This document shows, one piece after another, positions 40,632 to 50,941 of a stretch of DNA of 64,000 nt. How positions within the stretch are numbered: position 1 is the stretch's first letter; every line of letters starts with the position of its first letter. Under the pieces are notes generated by a model that saw nothing but the letters and a program-made list of their open reading frames with translations, was not told where the DNA came from and made no database searches. A program made the position numbers and the translations under genes. The stretch covers positions 640,001 to 704,000 of the forward strand of contig CBDBHE010000007.1 in assembly GCA_965205605.1 (NCBI GenBank). Direction: 5' to 3'. The stretch comes from Spirochaetota bacterium. GTDB lineage: Bacteria; Spirochaetota; UBA12135; COTS27; CBDBHE01.

Positions 40632-41419
40632 AGAAGGGATAATAAAAATGTATAAAAACTAAACAGATAAATTTTCCCCCGTTCTACTATTTTTAAAAGA
40701 AGGATCAAAGCAATCAATCCAAAACAAAAAGCACTAATACCACCTACAAGATAATGCCCCAAGGTTACCAAACCCCACTCACTTATATCTAAAGAAAAGC
40801 ATTTAAGTAAGAAGGCTCCAAAAATAATAGGAACAGAGATCATCAATGAAAACTCAGCAGCTAATTTTTTATGAGATCCTAGGATTAAAGCCGTCGCAAT
40901 GGTCATCCCTGACCTTGAAACTCCCGGTAAAACAGCAATTGCTTGTGATAATCCAACGATGATAGGAAATAAATATGGAAGTTGACTCAGATTTTTTTTT
41001 CCATTGGAATAAAAATAAGCCATTGCTAGAAAAAAAGTCGTTATAAGATAAGAGGTACCAACTAAAGTCAGTGATTGAAAGTATGGTTCTAATTTTTTTT
41101 CAAATAAAACACCAGTTAGTCCTACTGGGATCATTGACACCATCATGAAAATTAAATATTTAAAAAGTTGTTTTTTTTCTTTGGGTTCAATGGTTTTTAT
41201 TTTAAAGAGTTTGAAGAAACGAAAAAAATGTTTATAAAAAAGACAAAGAGTTGCAAGCATCGTTGCTGTGTGTAAAAAGATGTCATAAGTTAAATTAAGC
41301 TTTTGAGTATTTAAATGTAATAAGTGTTTGGCTATTTGTAAATGACCAGAACTCGAAATAGGTAAAAACTCACTGATCCCTTGAATAAGACCTAATAAAA
41401 AATCGTAAATAAAAAGCAA
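40607..41419 (-). CDS. uppP: Undecaprenyl-diphosphatase BacA/UppP
   Basis: QGISEFLPISSSGH, PGVSRSG. Confidence 0.95.
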   Translation of the reverse strand: MLFIYDFLLGLIQGISEFLPISSSGHLQIAKHLLHLNTQKLNLTYDIFLHTATMLATLCLFYKHFFRFFKLFKIKTIEPKEKKQLFKYLIFMMVSMIPVGLTGVLFEKKLEPYFQSLTLVGTSYLITTFFLAMAYFYSNGKKNLSQLPYLFPIIVGLSQAIAVLPGVSRSGMTIATALILGSHKKLAAEFSLMISVPIIFGAFLLKCFSLDISEWGLVTLGHYLVGGISAFCFGLIALILLLKIVERGKIYLFSFYTFLLSLLCFYLSFF

Positions 41420-41466
41420 TGGTTAATTTAATTTAATTTAATTTAATTTCTATAAACATTATTATA

Positions 41467-42036
41467 CTATTTTCTTACTCTTTGGATGAAATTTGTAAAC
41501 TGATAATTGAGAATTATTTGATTTTTTTTTTTAAAAGTAATATTAAAGGTATGGTAAGTTTTAGGAACGACTGGGAAAATAAGATAAAAATTAGTTGAGG
41601 TTTTAGAAGGGAGGATAATTTCTTTTTGGTGATTGAAGAAGGCTTCTTTTTTGAAGCTAAAGAAAAGCGTTTTTGGGAATTTTTTTTTGTAAGTTTGATG
41701 GTTATAGGCTTTGATTTTATTGTTTGAATAGTTTAAAAAAATAGTATTGGGATTAAATTTAAAAGGAGTGGTTTGTAAGTTTTTGAGTTTTAATTTAAAT
41801 AATAAAGCATAGGGAAAAGAGCTTAAAAAATTGGTTTGGGTGACCTTTTTTTTTGGAGGATTAATCATTTTATGAAAGTAATCTTTCATAGGAATGTACT
41901 TAATGGAAGATTCGAGGTGAGAGTTATTTTTTTTGTAAGTTAATTGAGATTGAGTGGGTTTTATTTTTTTTTCTAAGTAAAAAGTAGTGCTACAGTGAAA
42001 CAAACCAAACAAAATAATTAATAATAAAAGCTTCAT
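41467..42036 (-). CDS. Hypothetical basic lipoprotein
   Basis: MKLLLLIILFGLFHC signal and lipobox. Confidence 0.6.
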   Translation of the reverse strand: MKLLLLIILFGLFHCSTTFYLEKKIKPTQSQLTYKKNNSHLESSIKYIPMKDYFHKMINPPKKKVTQTNFLSSFPYALLFKLKLKNLQTTPFKFNPNTIFLNYSNNKIKAYNHQTYKKKFPKTLFFSFKKEAFFNHQKEIILPSKTSTNFYLIFPVVPKTYHTFNITFKKKNQIILNYQFTNFIQRVRK

Positions 42037-42128
42037 GAGTAAGATTGAGGGATTTAATAATTAATAGTAAGATAAAACATCTATTTTTTTAATAACAAGG
42101 CTTTTTTTTAAAAAAATAAATCGTTATT

Positions 42129-43124
42129 ATGTCAGATGTCGTTTTAACAGGAATCAAGCCCACCGGTCAGGTTCATATAGGAAATTATATTGGGGCGATA
42201 CGACCTGCTTTAAAATTAAAAGAAACATATCAAGCTTTTTATTTTATTGCCGATTATCATGCCCTTAATTCGATTAAAGAAGCGAGTGTTTTAGAAGAGC
42301 AAACCTATCAAATAGCGGCGACGTGGCTTGCTTGTGGTCTTAAAGCAGAAGAAGTTGTTTTTTATCGGCAGTCTGATATTCCTGAGATTGCCCAACTAGC
42401 TTTTATTTTAACAAATTTTACTGCCAAAGGTCTTATGAATCGAGCGCACGCTTATAAAGCCATCGTTGATGACAATATTAAAAAAGGCAATGACTCTGAT
42501 AAAAAAGTTAATATGGGTCTTTTTATGTATCCTATTTTAATGGCAGCGGATATTCTTCTTTTTGATACCGATATGGTTCCTATTGGAAGGGATCAAGAAC
42601 AACATATTGAAATTACTCGTGATATTGCTTTATTTTATAATCAAAATTATAACCATGCTCTTTTTAAACTTCCAAAAAGTTTTGTTGAACGTTCCCAAGG
42701 AGAAATCCCAGGAACTGATGGAAGAAAAATGAGTAAAAGTTATCAAAATACCATTCCTTTATTTGCTTCAGAAAAAGAATTAAAAAAAATAATTATGAAA
42801 ATTCCCACTAATTCGCAATCTATCGAGGCTCCTAAAGATCCTAAGAATTGTCTCTTGTATACTTTTTTTTGTTTGTTTGCTTCTTTAGAAGAACAAAAAA
42901 CACTTTCAAAACAATATTTAGCTGGAGGCATTGGATGGGGGGACATTAAAATACGATTATTTGATGTGATCAATCAAGCCTTAAAGCCTATTAGACAAGA
43001 TTATGAAGAATGGATTTTTGATAAAGAAAAAATTAAGATTATTCTTGAATTGGGTCGAGAAAAAGCAAGAAAACTAGCAAAAGCTAAAATGAAAGAAATC
43101 CGAAAAGTAATCGGATTTAATTAA
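42129..43124 (+). CDS. trpS: Tryptophan--tRNA ligase
   Basis: HIGN, YPILMAADIL, KMSKS. Confidence 0.97.
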   Translation: MSDVVLTGIKPTGQVHIGNYIGAIRPALKLKETYQAFYFIADYHALNSIKEASVLEEQTYQIAATWLACGLKAEEVVFYRQSDIPEIAQLAFILTNFTAKGLMNRAHAYKAIVDDNIKKGNDSDKKVNMGLFMYPILMAADILLFDTDMVPIGRDQEQHIEITRDIALFYNQNYNHALFKLPKSFVERSQGEIPGTDGRKMSKSYQNTIPLFASEKELKKIIMKIPTNSQSIEAPKDPKNCLLYTFFCLFASLEEQKTLSKQYLAGGIGWGDIKIRLFDVINQALKPIRQDYEEWIFDKEKIKIILELGREKARKLAKAKMKEIRKVIGFN

Positions 43125-43129
43125 AAAAA

Positions 43130-44389
43130 ATGTTAAACCCAAAGTTTATTAGGGACCATTTAAACATCGTATCAGCTTCTTTTAAAAAAAGAGGTTTGAA
43201 TGAAAACTTAAATACCTTTTACCTTTTAGAAGAGCAAAGACGAAAATTCATTAAACAAATAGAAGATAAAAAAGCCATTAGAAATAAAGTTTCTAAAGAA
43301 ATTGGACTACAAAAAGATCAACGAGGGCTTAAAAAAACTCTTTTAGACCAGATGAAACGATTGGCTTTAGAAATTAAAAAAGACGAACAAATTCTCACTC
43401 AAGTGGAACAAAAAGTTTTTGATTGTTGTTTGCATTTTCCAAATCTTCTTGCAGATGAAGTCCCAGAAGGACAAGGAGCAAAAGATAATCAAGAGATCAG
43501 GCAATGGGGGAAACCTAAAGAATTTTCTTTTCAAGTCAAAGATCATGTTTTTTTAGCAGAAGAGCTTGATCTTATTGATTTTAAAAGAGGGGCTAAGACA
43601 AGTGGTCGTAATTTTGTTTTTATGAAAGTACTCGGTGCCAAGCTGGAAAGAGCTTTGATTGCTTTTTTTTTGGATGAAAATATCAAAAAAGGCTATCAAG
43701 AATATGCTTGTCCTTTTATTGTCAATGAAGAAAGTTTAATCGCAACAGGGCAGCTACCTAAATTTAAAAAAGATTTATTTCAACTTAAAACAAAATCCCC
43801 TTTTTATCTAATTCCCACTACAGAGGTTCCTTTAACTAATTTATTTAGAAATGAAATTATACAAGCAACATCGCTTCCGATTAAACTAACAGGAGTTTCT
43901 GCTTGCTTTAGAGAAGAAGCTGGAGCTAGTGGAATCGAAACTAAGGGAATCATTAGGCAACATCAATTTAATAAAGTAGAGCTTGTGAAAATAACCAAAC
44001 CAGAACATTCTAAGCAAGAACACGAATCCCTTTTAGACGATGTTGAAGATTTACTTAAAAAACTTAAACTTCCGTATCGAGTCATGCTTTTATGCTCAAA
44101 AGAGACAGGGTTTGGAGCTTATAAGTGTTATGATGTAGAAGTTTGGTTGCCTTCTAAAAAAGGTTATGTTGAGATTTCTTCTTGTTCTAATTTTTTAGAT
44201 TTTCAAGCCAATCGAGCTTTGATTCGTTATAAAGCAGAGAAGGAGAATATTCCTGTGCATACTTTAAATGCTTCTGCTTTGGCAGTGGGGAGGACGATTG
44301 TGGCGATTTTGGAAAATTATCAAAATGAACAAGGTCGTATCGAAGTCCCAGAAGTTTTAAGTCCTTATTTAGGAAAAAAAATTATTTAA
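43130..44389 (+). CDS. serS: Serine--tRNA ligase
   Basis: N-terminal coiled arm, LIPTTEVP, FREEAG, RQHQFNKVE, EISSCSN. Confidence 0.97.
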   Translation: MLNPKFIRDHLNIVSASFKKRGLNENLNTFYLLEEQRRKFIKQIEDKKAIRNKVSKEIGLQKDQRGLKKTLLDQMKRLALEIKKDEQILTQVEQKVFDCCLHFPNLLADEVPEGQGAKDNQEIRQWGKPKEFSFQVKDHVFLAEELDLIDFKRGAKTSGRNFVFMKVLGAKLERALIAFFLDENIKKGYQEYACPFIVNEESLIATGQLPKFKKDLFQLKTKSPFYLIPTTEVPLTNLFRNEIIQATSLPIKLTGVSACFREEAGASGIETKGIIRQHQFNKVELVKITKPEHSKQEHESLLDDVEDLLKKLKLPYRVMLLCSKETGFGAYKCYDVEVWLPSKKGYVEISSCSNFLDFQANRALIRYKAEKENIPVHTLNASALAVGRTIVAILENYQNEQGRIEVPEVLSPYLGKKII

Positions 44390-44745
44390 AAAGGGAATAA
44401 ACGAGGTTTATCAATTTTTTTTTTTAGTAACACTTCTTCAATTTGCCTCATTCGGTTGTCTTCGTATGATTCATCTAAAAGGCTTTCGTATTTTTTAAAA
44501 ATTTCTTCTGGGATTATTTTTGCTAATTCTTTAATAAGGTCCAGGGTTTTAGTATAAAGTATAAGAGAGCCTCTTTTTGAATGAGAGTTTTTAATTAAAA
44601 TGTTTAAACTACTAAAAAGACAAACAAAGGCATTGATTTTTTTTTTTCTTTCTTGGGCAGAAACTAGGTTTTGGTAATACTCTTCAATATAAGCATTCAA
44701 AGGGTGAGAATAAACATGTTTTTTAATAGATTCAATGGTATTCAT
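44386..44745 (-). CDS. Hypothetical protein
   Basis: 119-aa ORF with AAGGA RBS, fills the serS-hflX gap. Confidence 0.6.
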   Translation of the reverse strand: MNTIESIKKHVYSHPLNAYIEEYYQNLVSAQERKKKINAFVCLFSSLNILIKNSHSKRGSLILYTKTLDLIKELAKIIPEEIFKKYESLLDESYEDNRMRQIEEVLLKKKIDKPRLFPF

Positions 44746-44797
44746 ATGAATTTATCCTTTATCAGTATCGGATTTGAAAACAGTAAAATAAAAGATA

Positions 44798-45904
44798 ATG
44801 CTTAAGAGCGTTAAACAAGCCGTTCTTTATGATATTATTCTTCCTTTTATGAGTCGAGAGCAAACGCTGAGTCGTTTAAAAGAAACAGAAAATCTTTTGG
44901 AGACTTACGGGGGGGTTGTTTTAGTAAAAATCATCCAAAGAAGACATCATGCAGGAAGTACTAGTTTTATTGGTCGCAGTAAGTTTCAGGAAATTATTGA
45001 GATTTCTAAAGAGATTAAAGCGAATTTACTGATTATTAACGCATCCCTTAAACCATCTCAAATCTATTATTTAAGTGCTCACTTAGAAAATATTCGTTTA
45101 AAATTAGAAGTTTGGGATCGAATTGATCTGATTTTAAATATTTTTAGAAAACATGCTAAAACAGCTGAAGCTAAATTACAAATCGAAATGGCAAATATCA
45201 AACACTATGGCCCCAGAATCTATGGCATGGGTGAAGAACTCAGTAATCAAGCCGGTGGGATTGGTACAAAAGGAATTGGAGAAACCAACACAGAAATCAT
45301 GAAGCGCTATTTATCAAATCGAAAAAAAATAATTTCTCAAAAAATGAATCAACTTAAAAAAAGTAGACAACTTAATCGAAAACGAAGAGCTAAAAATGGC
45401 TTTAAAACCATTTCTCTTATTGGTTACACCAATGCAGGAAAGTCTTCTTTGTTTAATGCTTTAACCAAAAGAAAAGTAGGGGTCAAAAATGTTCTTTTTT
45501 CTACTTTGGATACCACGACTTCAAAACTCTTTTTACCTAAGACTAAAAAAATGGCTCTTGTTTCAGATACCATCGGTTTTATTCAAAACCTACCTCCAAA
45601 ATTAATTGATGCTTTTAAGTCTACTTTAGAAGAAACACTGTATGCCGATTTAATTTTAAATGTCGTTGATATTAATGATCCTTGTTTTGAAGAAAAAATT
45701 GAACATTCAAAAATGTTTTTAGTTGATTTGCAGTGTCAGGGTAAAAAAATGATTTATGTTTTTAATAAATGTGATTTAATCCAAAAAAAGCCTGAGTTTA
45801 ATCGACATGATTTTAAGTATTTGCCTTATGTGATGGTTTCAGCTAAAAAATTGCTTTATTTAAAAAATCTCATTTTATTCATTGAAAAAATTTTGTATAA
45901 ATAA
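44798..45904 (+). CDS. hflX: Ribosome-splitting GTPase HflX
   Basis: DRIDLILNIF..HA...EAKLQ, GYTNAGKSS, FSTLDT, DTIGF, NKCD. Confidence 0.93.
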   Translation: MLKSVKQAVLYDIILPFMSREQTLSRLKETENLLETYGGVVLVKIIQRRHHAGSTSFIGRSKFQEIIEISKEIKANLLIINASLKPSQIYYLSAHLENIRLKLEVWDRIDLILNIFRKHAKTAEAKLQIEMANIKHYGPRIYGMGEELSNQAGGIGTKGIGETNTEIMKRYLSNRKKIISQKMNQLKKSRQLNRKRRAKNGFKTISLIGYTNAGKSSLFNALTKRKVGVKNVLFSTLDTTTSKLFLPKTKKMALVSDTIGFIQNLPPKLIDAFKSTLEETLYADLILNVVDINDPCFEEKIEHSKMFLVDLQCQGKKMIYVFNKCDLIQKKPEFNRHDFKYLPYVMVSAKKLLYLKNLILFIEKILYK

Positions 45905-45927
45905 ATTGTAGATAATAGAATGAAAAA

Positions 45928-47002
45928 ATGTTAAATCGTATTTTGTATTTAAGTAGTCTTGTTAGTTTTTTAGCGGGTTTAGTTTTTTTGCAGGTCCATT
46001 AGGACTTGGAGTTAGGGAAGAGTTTATTTTTTTTCGTTTGTTTAGTGTTGTTCAGCGATATGTTTTTAATTTAGGGGTGATGCTATTTTGTTTTTCTGTT
46101 TTTTTTCCCATTTTCCAGATGGGTTTAGATTTCTTTTTTAAATTTAAAGAAAATGCTTTGGTCAATTCTATTAAAAACCCTGATATTAGCACAAATGTTT
46201 TAGGAAGTTTGGTGGGTCTTAGTTGGGTTTATTTTTATTTTTTTAAAGATTTTTCTTTTTTAAAAAAAGGAAAAGTTTTATTTGAAAAAAAGCTTTCTTT
46301 TTTTATGGGGGCTGTATTGTTGTTAGGTATTGGTTTTGCTGTAGGAACAGGATCACATCTAATAACGAACGGCTTCTTTTTCACCCCTATTTTTAGGGTT
46401 GAATCTTTTACTTATTTATTTTATTTTATGTGCATACTGAGGGTTTTAAAAAAGGAAGGGTCGTTGTTAGTTTTGTTTTTTTTAATTTTAATAGCAAGTT
46501 TAATCTTGGTAGGAGAGATCATTTTACTAAAGACAAGAGGCTTGCTTATTCAAAGTATAGCCCTTATCTTAAAGGGGTCAAGATAGAAAAACAATTTGCA
46601 AATACAGTGGATTAACTTTGGTTGACTTTAAAAGAAATTGGGTATGATTTTAAAAAAGATCGAGTGAATGTGTATCATTCTATACCTGTGATGGCTTCAA
46701 TTTTGGGTCTTCAGATTTATGGGTGGCCTTTTCAAGGGTTTGTTCAGTACCCGATTTTTCAAAAAAGAAGTCTTTTTTGGATCAAGTGTCATGATTATTT
46801 TTCGCCAGATGAAAAGATTAGGAACCTTTATTTGATTAAGGTAAAAGAAGGGGATTTTTTTGAAGGATTTGAAGCAGCTTTTTTATCTAAAGCAAAACCA
46901 AGTTTGAATTTTAAAGTATATCCTCTAGGGCGAGTCCATAGGAAAATTTTTAGAGGCGAGGTTTTTTTGCAACTCATGGGACCACATACTTACTTAAAGT
47001 AG
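45928..47002 (+). pseudogene. Fragmented hydrophobic membrane-protein gene (possibly O-antigen ligase/polymerase-like)
   Basis: Successive short hydrophobic frames (ATG 45928, 46038-46586, 46622-47002) broken at T runs; LLKTRGLLI resembles the SRG motif. Confidence 0.35.
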
Positions 47003-47083
47003 TCTTTTTAATATCTTTTTTAAGATTGATTGGTTTTTTTTAAGAAAAAATTATAAGATTTAATGATTTCAAAGAAAAATTAA

Positions 47084-47157
47084 GCGGGAATAGCTCAGTT
47101 GGCTAGAGCGGCTGCTTGCCAAGTAGCAGGTCGCGGGTTCAAATCCCGTTTCCCGCT
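47084..47157 (+). tRNA. tRNA-Gly (GCC); no encoded CCA
   Basis: GCGGGAA/TTCCCGC acceptor stem, loop TTGCCAA, GGTTCAAATCC T-arm. Confidence 0.96.
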
Positions 47158-47185
47158 CTTTTTTTTAAAAAAAAGATGAAAATTT

Positions 47186-47584
47186 TTGATGAATTTAAGC
47201 CAAGATTCTAATAATTTCCATGAAAAAAAACAAAAAAAACCTTTTTTTACTTCTAAAGAAAGAATTGCCTTAATTCATAAAGGCAATTATCTTTTTAATC
47301 AAAAAAAATATCTTATAGCTGAAAAAATTTTCAGATCGGTTTTATATCAAGATGGGCTTATTCGACTCGCTCAACATTATTTTCATTTAAAAAATTATTT
47401 TAGAGCCGTTGATCTTTTTCGTTTGGCCAAGTATGTAAAAGGAGAATATGCTTGTTATCAAAAACTAGGTTTTTTAGATAAAACCCTTACTTTTGAAAGA
47501 AAAGAAGATTATGAAAAAGCAGATAAACAAATTAGTAAAAAATTAGCGTTTGTGATTTCAAAAGTGATGAAAGAAGATTTATAA
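47186..47584 (+). CDS. Conserved TPR-like hypothetical protein (spirochaete-type)
   Basis: SKERIALIHKGNYLFN...AEKIF...YQDGLIRLA. Confidence 0.6.
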   Translation: MMNLSQDSNNFHEKKQKKPFFTSKERIALIHKGNYLFNQKKYLIAEKIFRSVLYQDGLIRLAQHYFHLKNYFRAVDLFRLAKYVKGEYACYQKLGFLDKTLTFERKEDYEKADKQISKKLAFVISKVMKEDL

Positions 47585-48544
47585 AATTCCTTCTGTTTCT
47601 TTAAATCCGAGCATTAAGTTTATATTTTGTATGGCTGATAAAGCAGCTCCTTTGCCTAAGTTGTCTAAAAAAACATACACCATGAAATAATCTTTTTGAT
47701 CACAGGCGAGAGCAATATTGATAAAATTGCTTTTGTTGTTAATAGAAGGGTTTAGGAAGATTTCTTTTTCTAAAGGAAGGTCATTAATTTGATTGATTTT
47801 AATAAAAGGTTTTTGTTTGTAAAAGGCATGATAAGTTTTTAGAAGAGAGTTGAGAGAGGTGTTTTTTTTAAACATGGTTTTTTGGTTTAAAGGAATGGAA
47901 AGTAATAGTCCTCGATAAAAATTACCGACCATTGGTTGAAAAAAAGGTTTTTGTAAAAGACCAGTATGAAGTTTCATTTCTGCTAAATGTTTGTGGGAGA
48001 AATTTAGAGTATAAGGGAGGGGAGAGAAATGGTTTATTTTTTTGAGCCATTTTTTTTGACGAAAATAAGAAATTAATTTTTTACCTCCACCAGAGTAACC
48101 TGAGATTCCTGTAAAAGAAACGACAGTATTTTGTAAAAGAATATTTTTTTTTACAAGAGGGGCGATGGCAGCGATAAAAGCGATGGCATAGCAGCCTGGG
48201 TTAGTAATGTAGGTTGATGTTTGGATTTTTTTTTTAATATTATTATTCAGCTCAGGAAATCCATAAGTCCATTGTTTGTGAGTTCTATAGGCGGTACTGG
48301 TGTCTAAGATTTTGGTTTTGATATTTTCTTTTTGAAGAAAGTTAATGACTTGTTTAGAAGCGTCATCGGGCAAACAAAGAATGATGGCATCGGCATGTTG
48401 ATAAAAGTTTTTTTTAATTTTTAAGTTTTTTTGATCTTTTTGTTTTGCTTTGATGATTTCAATAAAAGGGTGTTTTTTAAGTTTTAAAGCCAGCTCGAGA
48501 CCGGTTGTGCCGTAATGACCGTCAATAAAAATTTTTTTTTTCAT
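47579..48544 (-). CDS. argC: N-acetyl-gamma-glutamyl-phosphate reductase, type 2 (uncommon form)
   Basis: IFIDGHYGTTGL, LCLPD, NPGCYA, SGYSGGG, DNLGKGA. Confidence 0.93.
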   Translation of the reverse strand: MKKKIFIDGHYGTTGLELALKLKKHPFIEIIKAKQKDQKNLKIKKNFYQHADAIILCLPDDASKQVINFLQKENIKTKILDTSTAYRTHKQWTYGFPELNNNIKKKIQTSTYITNPGCYAIAFIAAIAPLVKKNILLQNTVVSFTGISGYSGGGKKLISYFRQKKWLKKINHFSPLPYTLNFSHKHLAEMKLHTGLLQKPFFQPMVGNFYRGLLLSIPLNQKTMFKKNTSLNSLLKTYHAFYKQKPFIKINQINDLPLEKEIFLNPSINNKSNFINIALACDQKDYFMVYVFLDNLGKGAALSAIQNINLMLGFKETEGIL

Positions 48545-48575
48545 TAACTTTTTTAGAGAAAAAATATCTTAATGG

Positions 48576-49454
48576 TTATTTAGAAAGGACTTCTTTGACT
48601 ACCTTCCCAATGGTTGCAGGAGAAAAGCTAATGTGAATGCCGCAATGTTGCATAATTTTTATTTTAGCATCCGCTGATTCATCTGCTCCGGATACGATGG
48701 CCCCAGCATGCCCCATTCTTCTGCCTGGAGGGGCTGTTTTTCCAGCAATAAAGCCAATCACTGGTTTGCTAATTTTTTCTTTTACATGATAAGAAGCTTC
48801 AATTTCCATTGAGCCTCCAATTTCTCCAATCAGTACGATGGCTTTTGTTTGAGAGTCTTCTTCAAACATTTGTAGCAAATCTTTCATGTTAGTCCCAATG
48901 AGTGGATCACCCCCAATACCAATACAAGTTGATTGTCCAAGACCGACTTCACAAAGTTGGTGGACGGCTTCATAAGTGAGAGTTCCTGATTTTGAAATGA
49001 CTCCGATATCACCTGGTTTGGCGATAAAGCCAGGCATGATGCCTGCTTTGGCTTGATTTGGAGTAAGAATACCAGGGCAATTAGGTCCAATTAAGACGGA
49101 GTTGGTTGCTCTTAAAAATGAAATGACTTCTAACATATCTTTCACAGGGATCCCTTCTGTGATACAAACGATTAAAGGGATTTTTGCCATAGCCGCTTCA
49201 ATAATGGCATCAGCTGCAAAAAAAGGTGGCACAAAAATAAGGGAAACATTGGCTTTTGTTTTTTTTACGGCTTGCTTACAAGTATCAAAAACAGGGATTT
49301 GATTGTCTAAAACCTTTTGTCCCCCTTTGCCAGGAGTGACACCTGCTACAACATTGTTTCCATAATCTTGACATTGTTTGGCATGAAAGCTTCCTTCAGT
49401 GCCAGTGATCCCTTGAACTAAAATCTTTGAGTTTTTATCGAGTAAAATCGCCAT
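48576..49454 (-). CDS. sucD: Succinyl-CoA synthetase alpha subunit
   Basis: QGITG, GPNCPG, SGTLTYE, RMGHAGA. Confidence 0.97.
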   Translation of the reverse strand: MAILLDKNSKILVQGITGTEGSFHAKQCQDYGNNVVAGVTPGKGGQKVLDNQIPVFDTCKQAVKKTKANVSLIFVPPFFAADAIIEAAMAKIPLIVCITEGIPVKDMLEVISFLRATNSVLIGPNCPGILTPNQAKAGIMPGFIAKPGDIGVISKSGTLTYEAVHQLCEVGLGQSTCIGIGGDPLIGTNMKDLLQMFEEDSQTKAIVLIGEIGGSMEIEASYHVKEKISKPVIGFIAGKTAPPGRRMGHAGAIVSGADESADAKIKIMQHCGIHISFSPATIGKVVKEVLSK

Positions 49455-49486
49455 GATGCTTTATAATACCTCTTTATGAAATCTTT

Positions 49487-50659
49487 TTATGAAACTAAAG
49501 AAACCACTTTACTAGCTGCTTCATCTAAACTGGTTGTGGCTGTGATAGGGACGCTTGATTTGGCAAATAATTCTTTTGCTAAATCAGCATTGGTCCCTTC
49601 TAAACGCACAACAATAGGAACGGTTAATTTTAAATTTTTAGCCGCACTAATAATACCACTGGCAACTCGATCACAACGGACAATCCCTCCAAAAATATTA
49701 ATTAAAACAGCTTTAACAGAGCTATCAGATAAAATAATTTTAAAAGCATTCTCAACAGTTTCAGCACTTGCTCCTCCTCCAATGTCTAAGAAGTTCGCCG
49801 GCTGGCCGCCTTTGAGCTTGATAATATCCATCGTTGCCATCGCTAGTCCGGCTCCATTAACCATACAACTAACATTTCCATCTAGTTTAATAAAATTGAG
49901 ATGGTATTTATTAGCTTCTATCTCTGTAGGATCTTCTTCATCAAGGTCTCTTAAGCTGGCAATTTCTTTTTGGCGACTGAGAGCATTTTCATCAAAATTA
50001 AACTTAGCGTCTAAAGCAATCAGACCCCCTTGTTTGGTTAACACAAAAGGATTGATTTCTAAAAGACTGGTGTCATTGACTTTATAACACTGATAGATTT
50101 TGGAAAGAATCTTTATAAAAGATTTTAACAATTTTTCTTCAAACCCCAGTTCAATGCCAAGGCGTCTTGATTGAAAACTTCGAAGCCCTATTTTTGGATC
50201 AACCCATTCTTTGATAATTTTTTTAGGTGTGTTTTTTGCCACTTCTTCTATTTCCACTCCGCCTTCAGTAGAAACCATAATGACATTTTTTTCTTGCTCT
50301 CTGTCAAGAGTAATGGCTAAATAATATTCTTTATCAATATCAATCGCTTCTCCAATCATGATTTTTTTAACTAATTTTCCTTCTTTTCCTGTTTGAGGAG
50401 TCATGAGGTGCATCCCTAAAATTTCGTTTGCCTTTTCAAGAGCTATTTTTTCATTTTTACAAAACTTAACTCCCCCTCCTTTTCCTCTGCCACCGGCATG
50501 GATTTGAGCTTTGATCACAAGGGAAGAAGTTTTAAATGCTTTACAAGCTTTTTTAATTAAACTTGCAATGTCTTCTTTTTTTTCAGTTGTGTATCCATCT
50601 TGAATGGGGACTTGATATTTTTTTAAAATATTTTTAGCTTGGTACTCGTGTATTTTCAA
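49487..50659 (-). CDS. sucC: Succinyl-CoA synthetase beta subunit (likely TTG start at 50659 with GAGG RBS)
   Basis: KIHEYQAK, KAQIHAGGRGKGGG, NGAGLAMATMD, NFLDIGG. Confidence 0.96.
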   Translation of the reverse strand: MKIHEYQAKNILKKYQVPIQDGYTTEKKEDIASLIKKACKAFKTSSLVIKAQIHAGGRGKGGGVKFCKNEKIALEKANEILGMHLMTPQTGKEGKLVKKIMIGEAIDIDKEYYLAITLDREQEKNVIMVSTEGGVEIEEVAKNTPKKIIKEWVDPKIGLRSFQSRRLGIELGFEEKLLKSFIKILSKIYQCYKVNDTSLLEINPFVLTKQGGLIALDAKFNFDENALSRQKEIASLRDLDEEDPTEIEANKYHLNFIKLDGNVSCMVNGAGLAMATMDIIKLKGGQPANFLDIGGGASAETVENAFKIILSDSSVKAVLINIFGGIVRCDRVASGIISAAKNLKLTVPIVVRLEGTNADLAKELFAKSSVPITATTSLDEAASKVVSLVS

Positions 50660-50941
50660 ATTAATACCTCTTTTTTTAAGAATAAATTGATTCATTCCAT
50701 TTTAAAATCATTTTACTTAAAAAGAAATTATTTTTTGACAATAATTTACAAGTTTATATTTAAAAAAAAAATTAATGATTTTAATGAACTTATAGAAAGT
50801 GAAAAGTGTTATAGCTATTTAAAACATGTTGAAGAACAAGCGTCATTTCTTCTTCATTTTTACATGTTTCTTTTTATTTTTATATACAATCCGTAGGGAC
50901 CTCAGTTCCTATGATTTCCTCTTGCTCATAACCCCATAAGC

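Noticed and set aside
44798-45904. Divergent, short HflX as a horizontal acquisition
   Set aside because: All G motifs are intact and its composition matches the host; it cannot be supported without a phylogeny
49476-50087. 203-aa plus-strand ORF
   Set aside because: Antisense shadow of sucC
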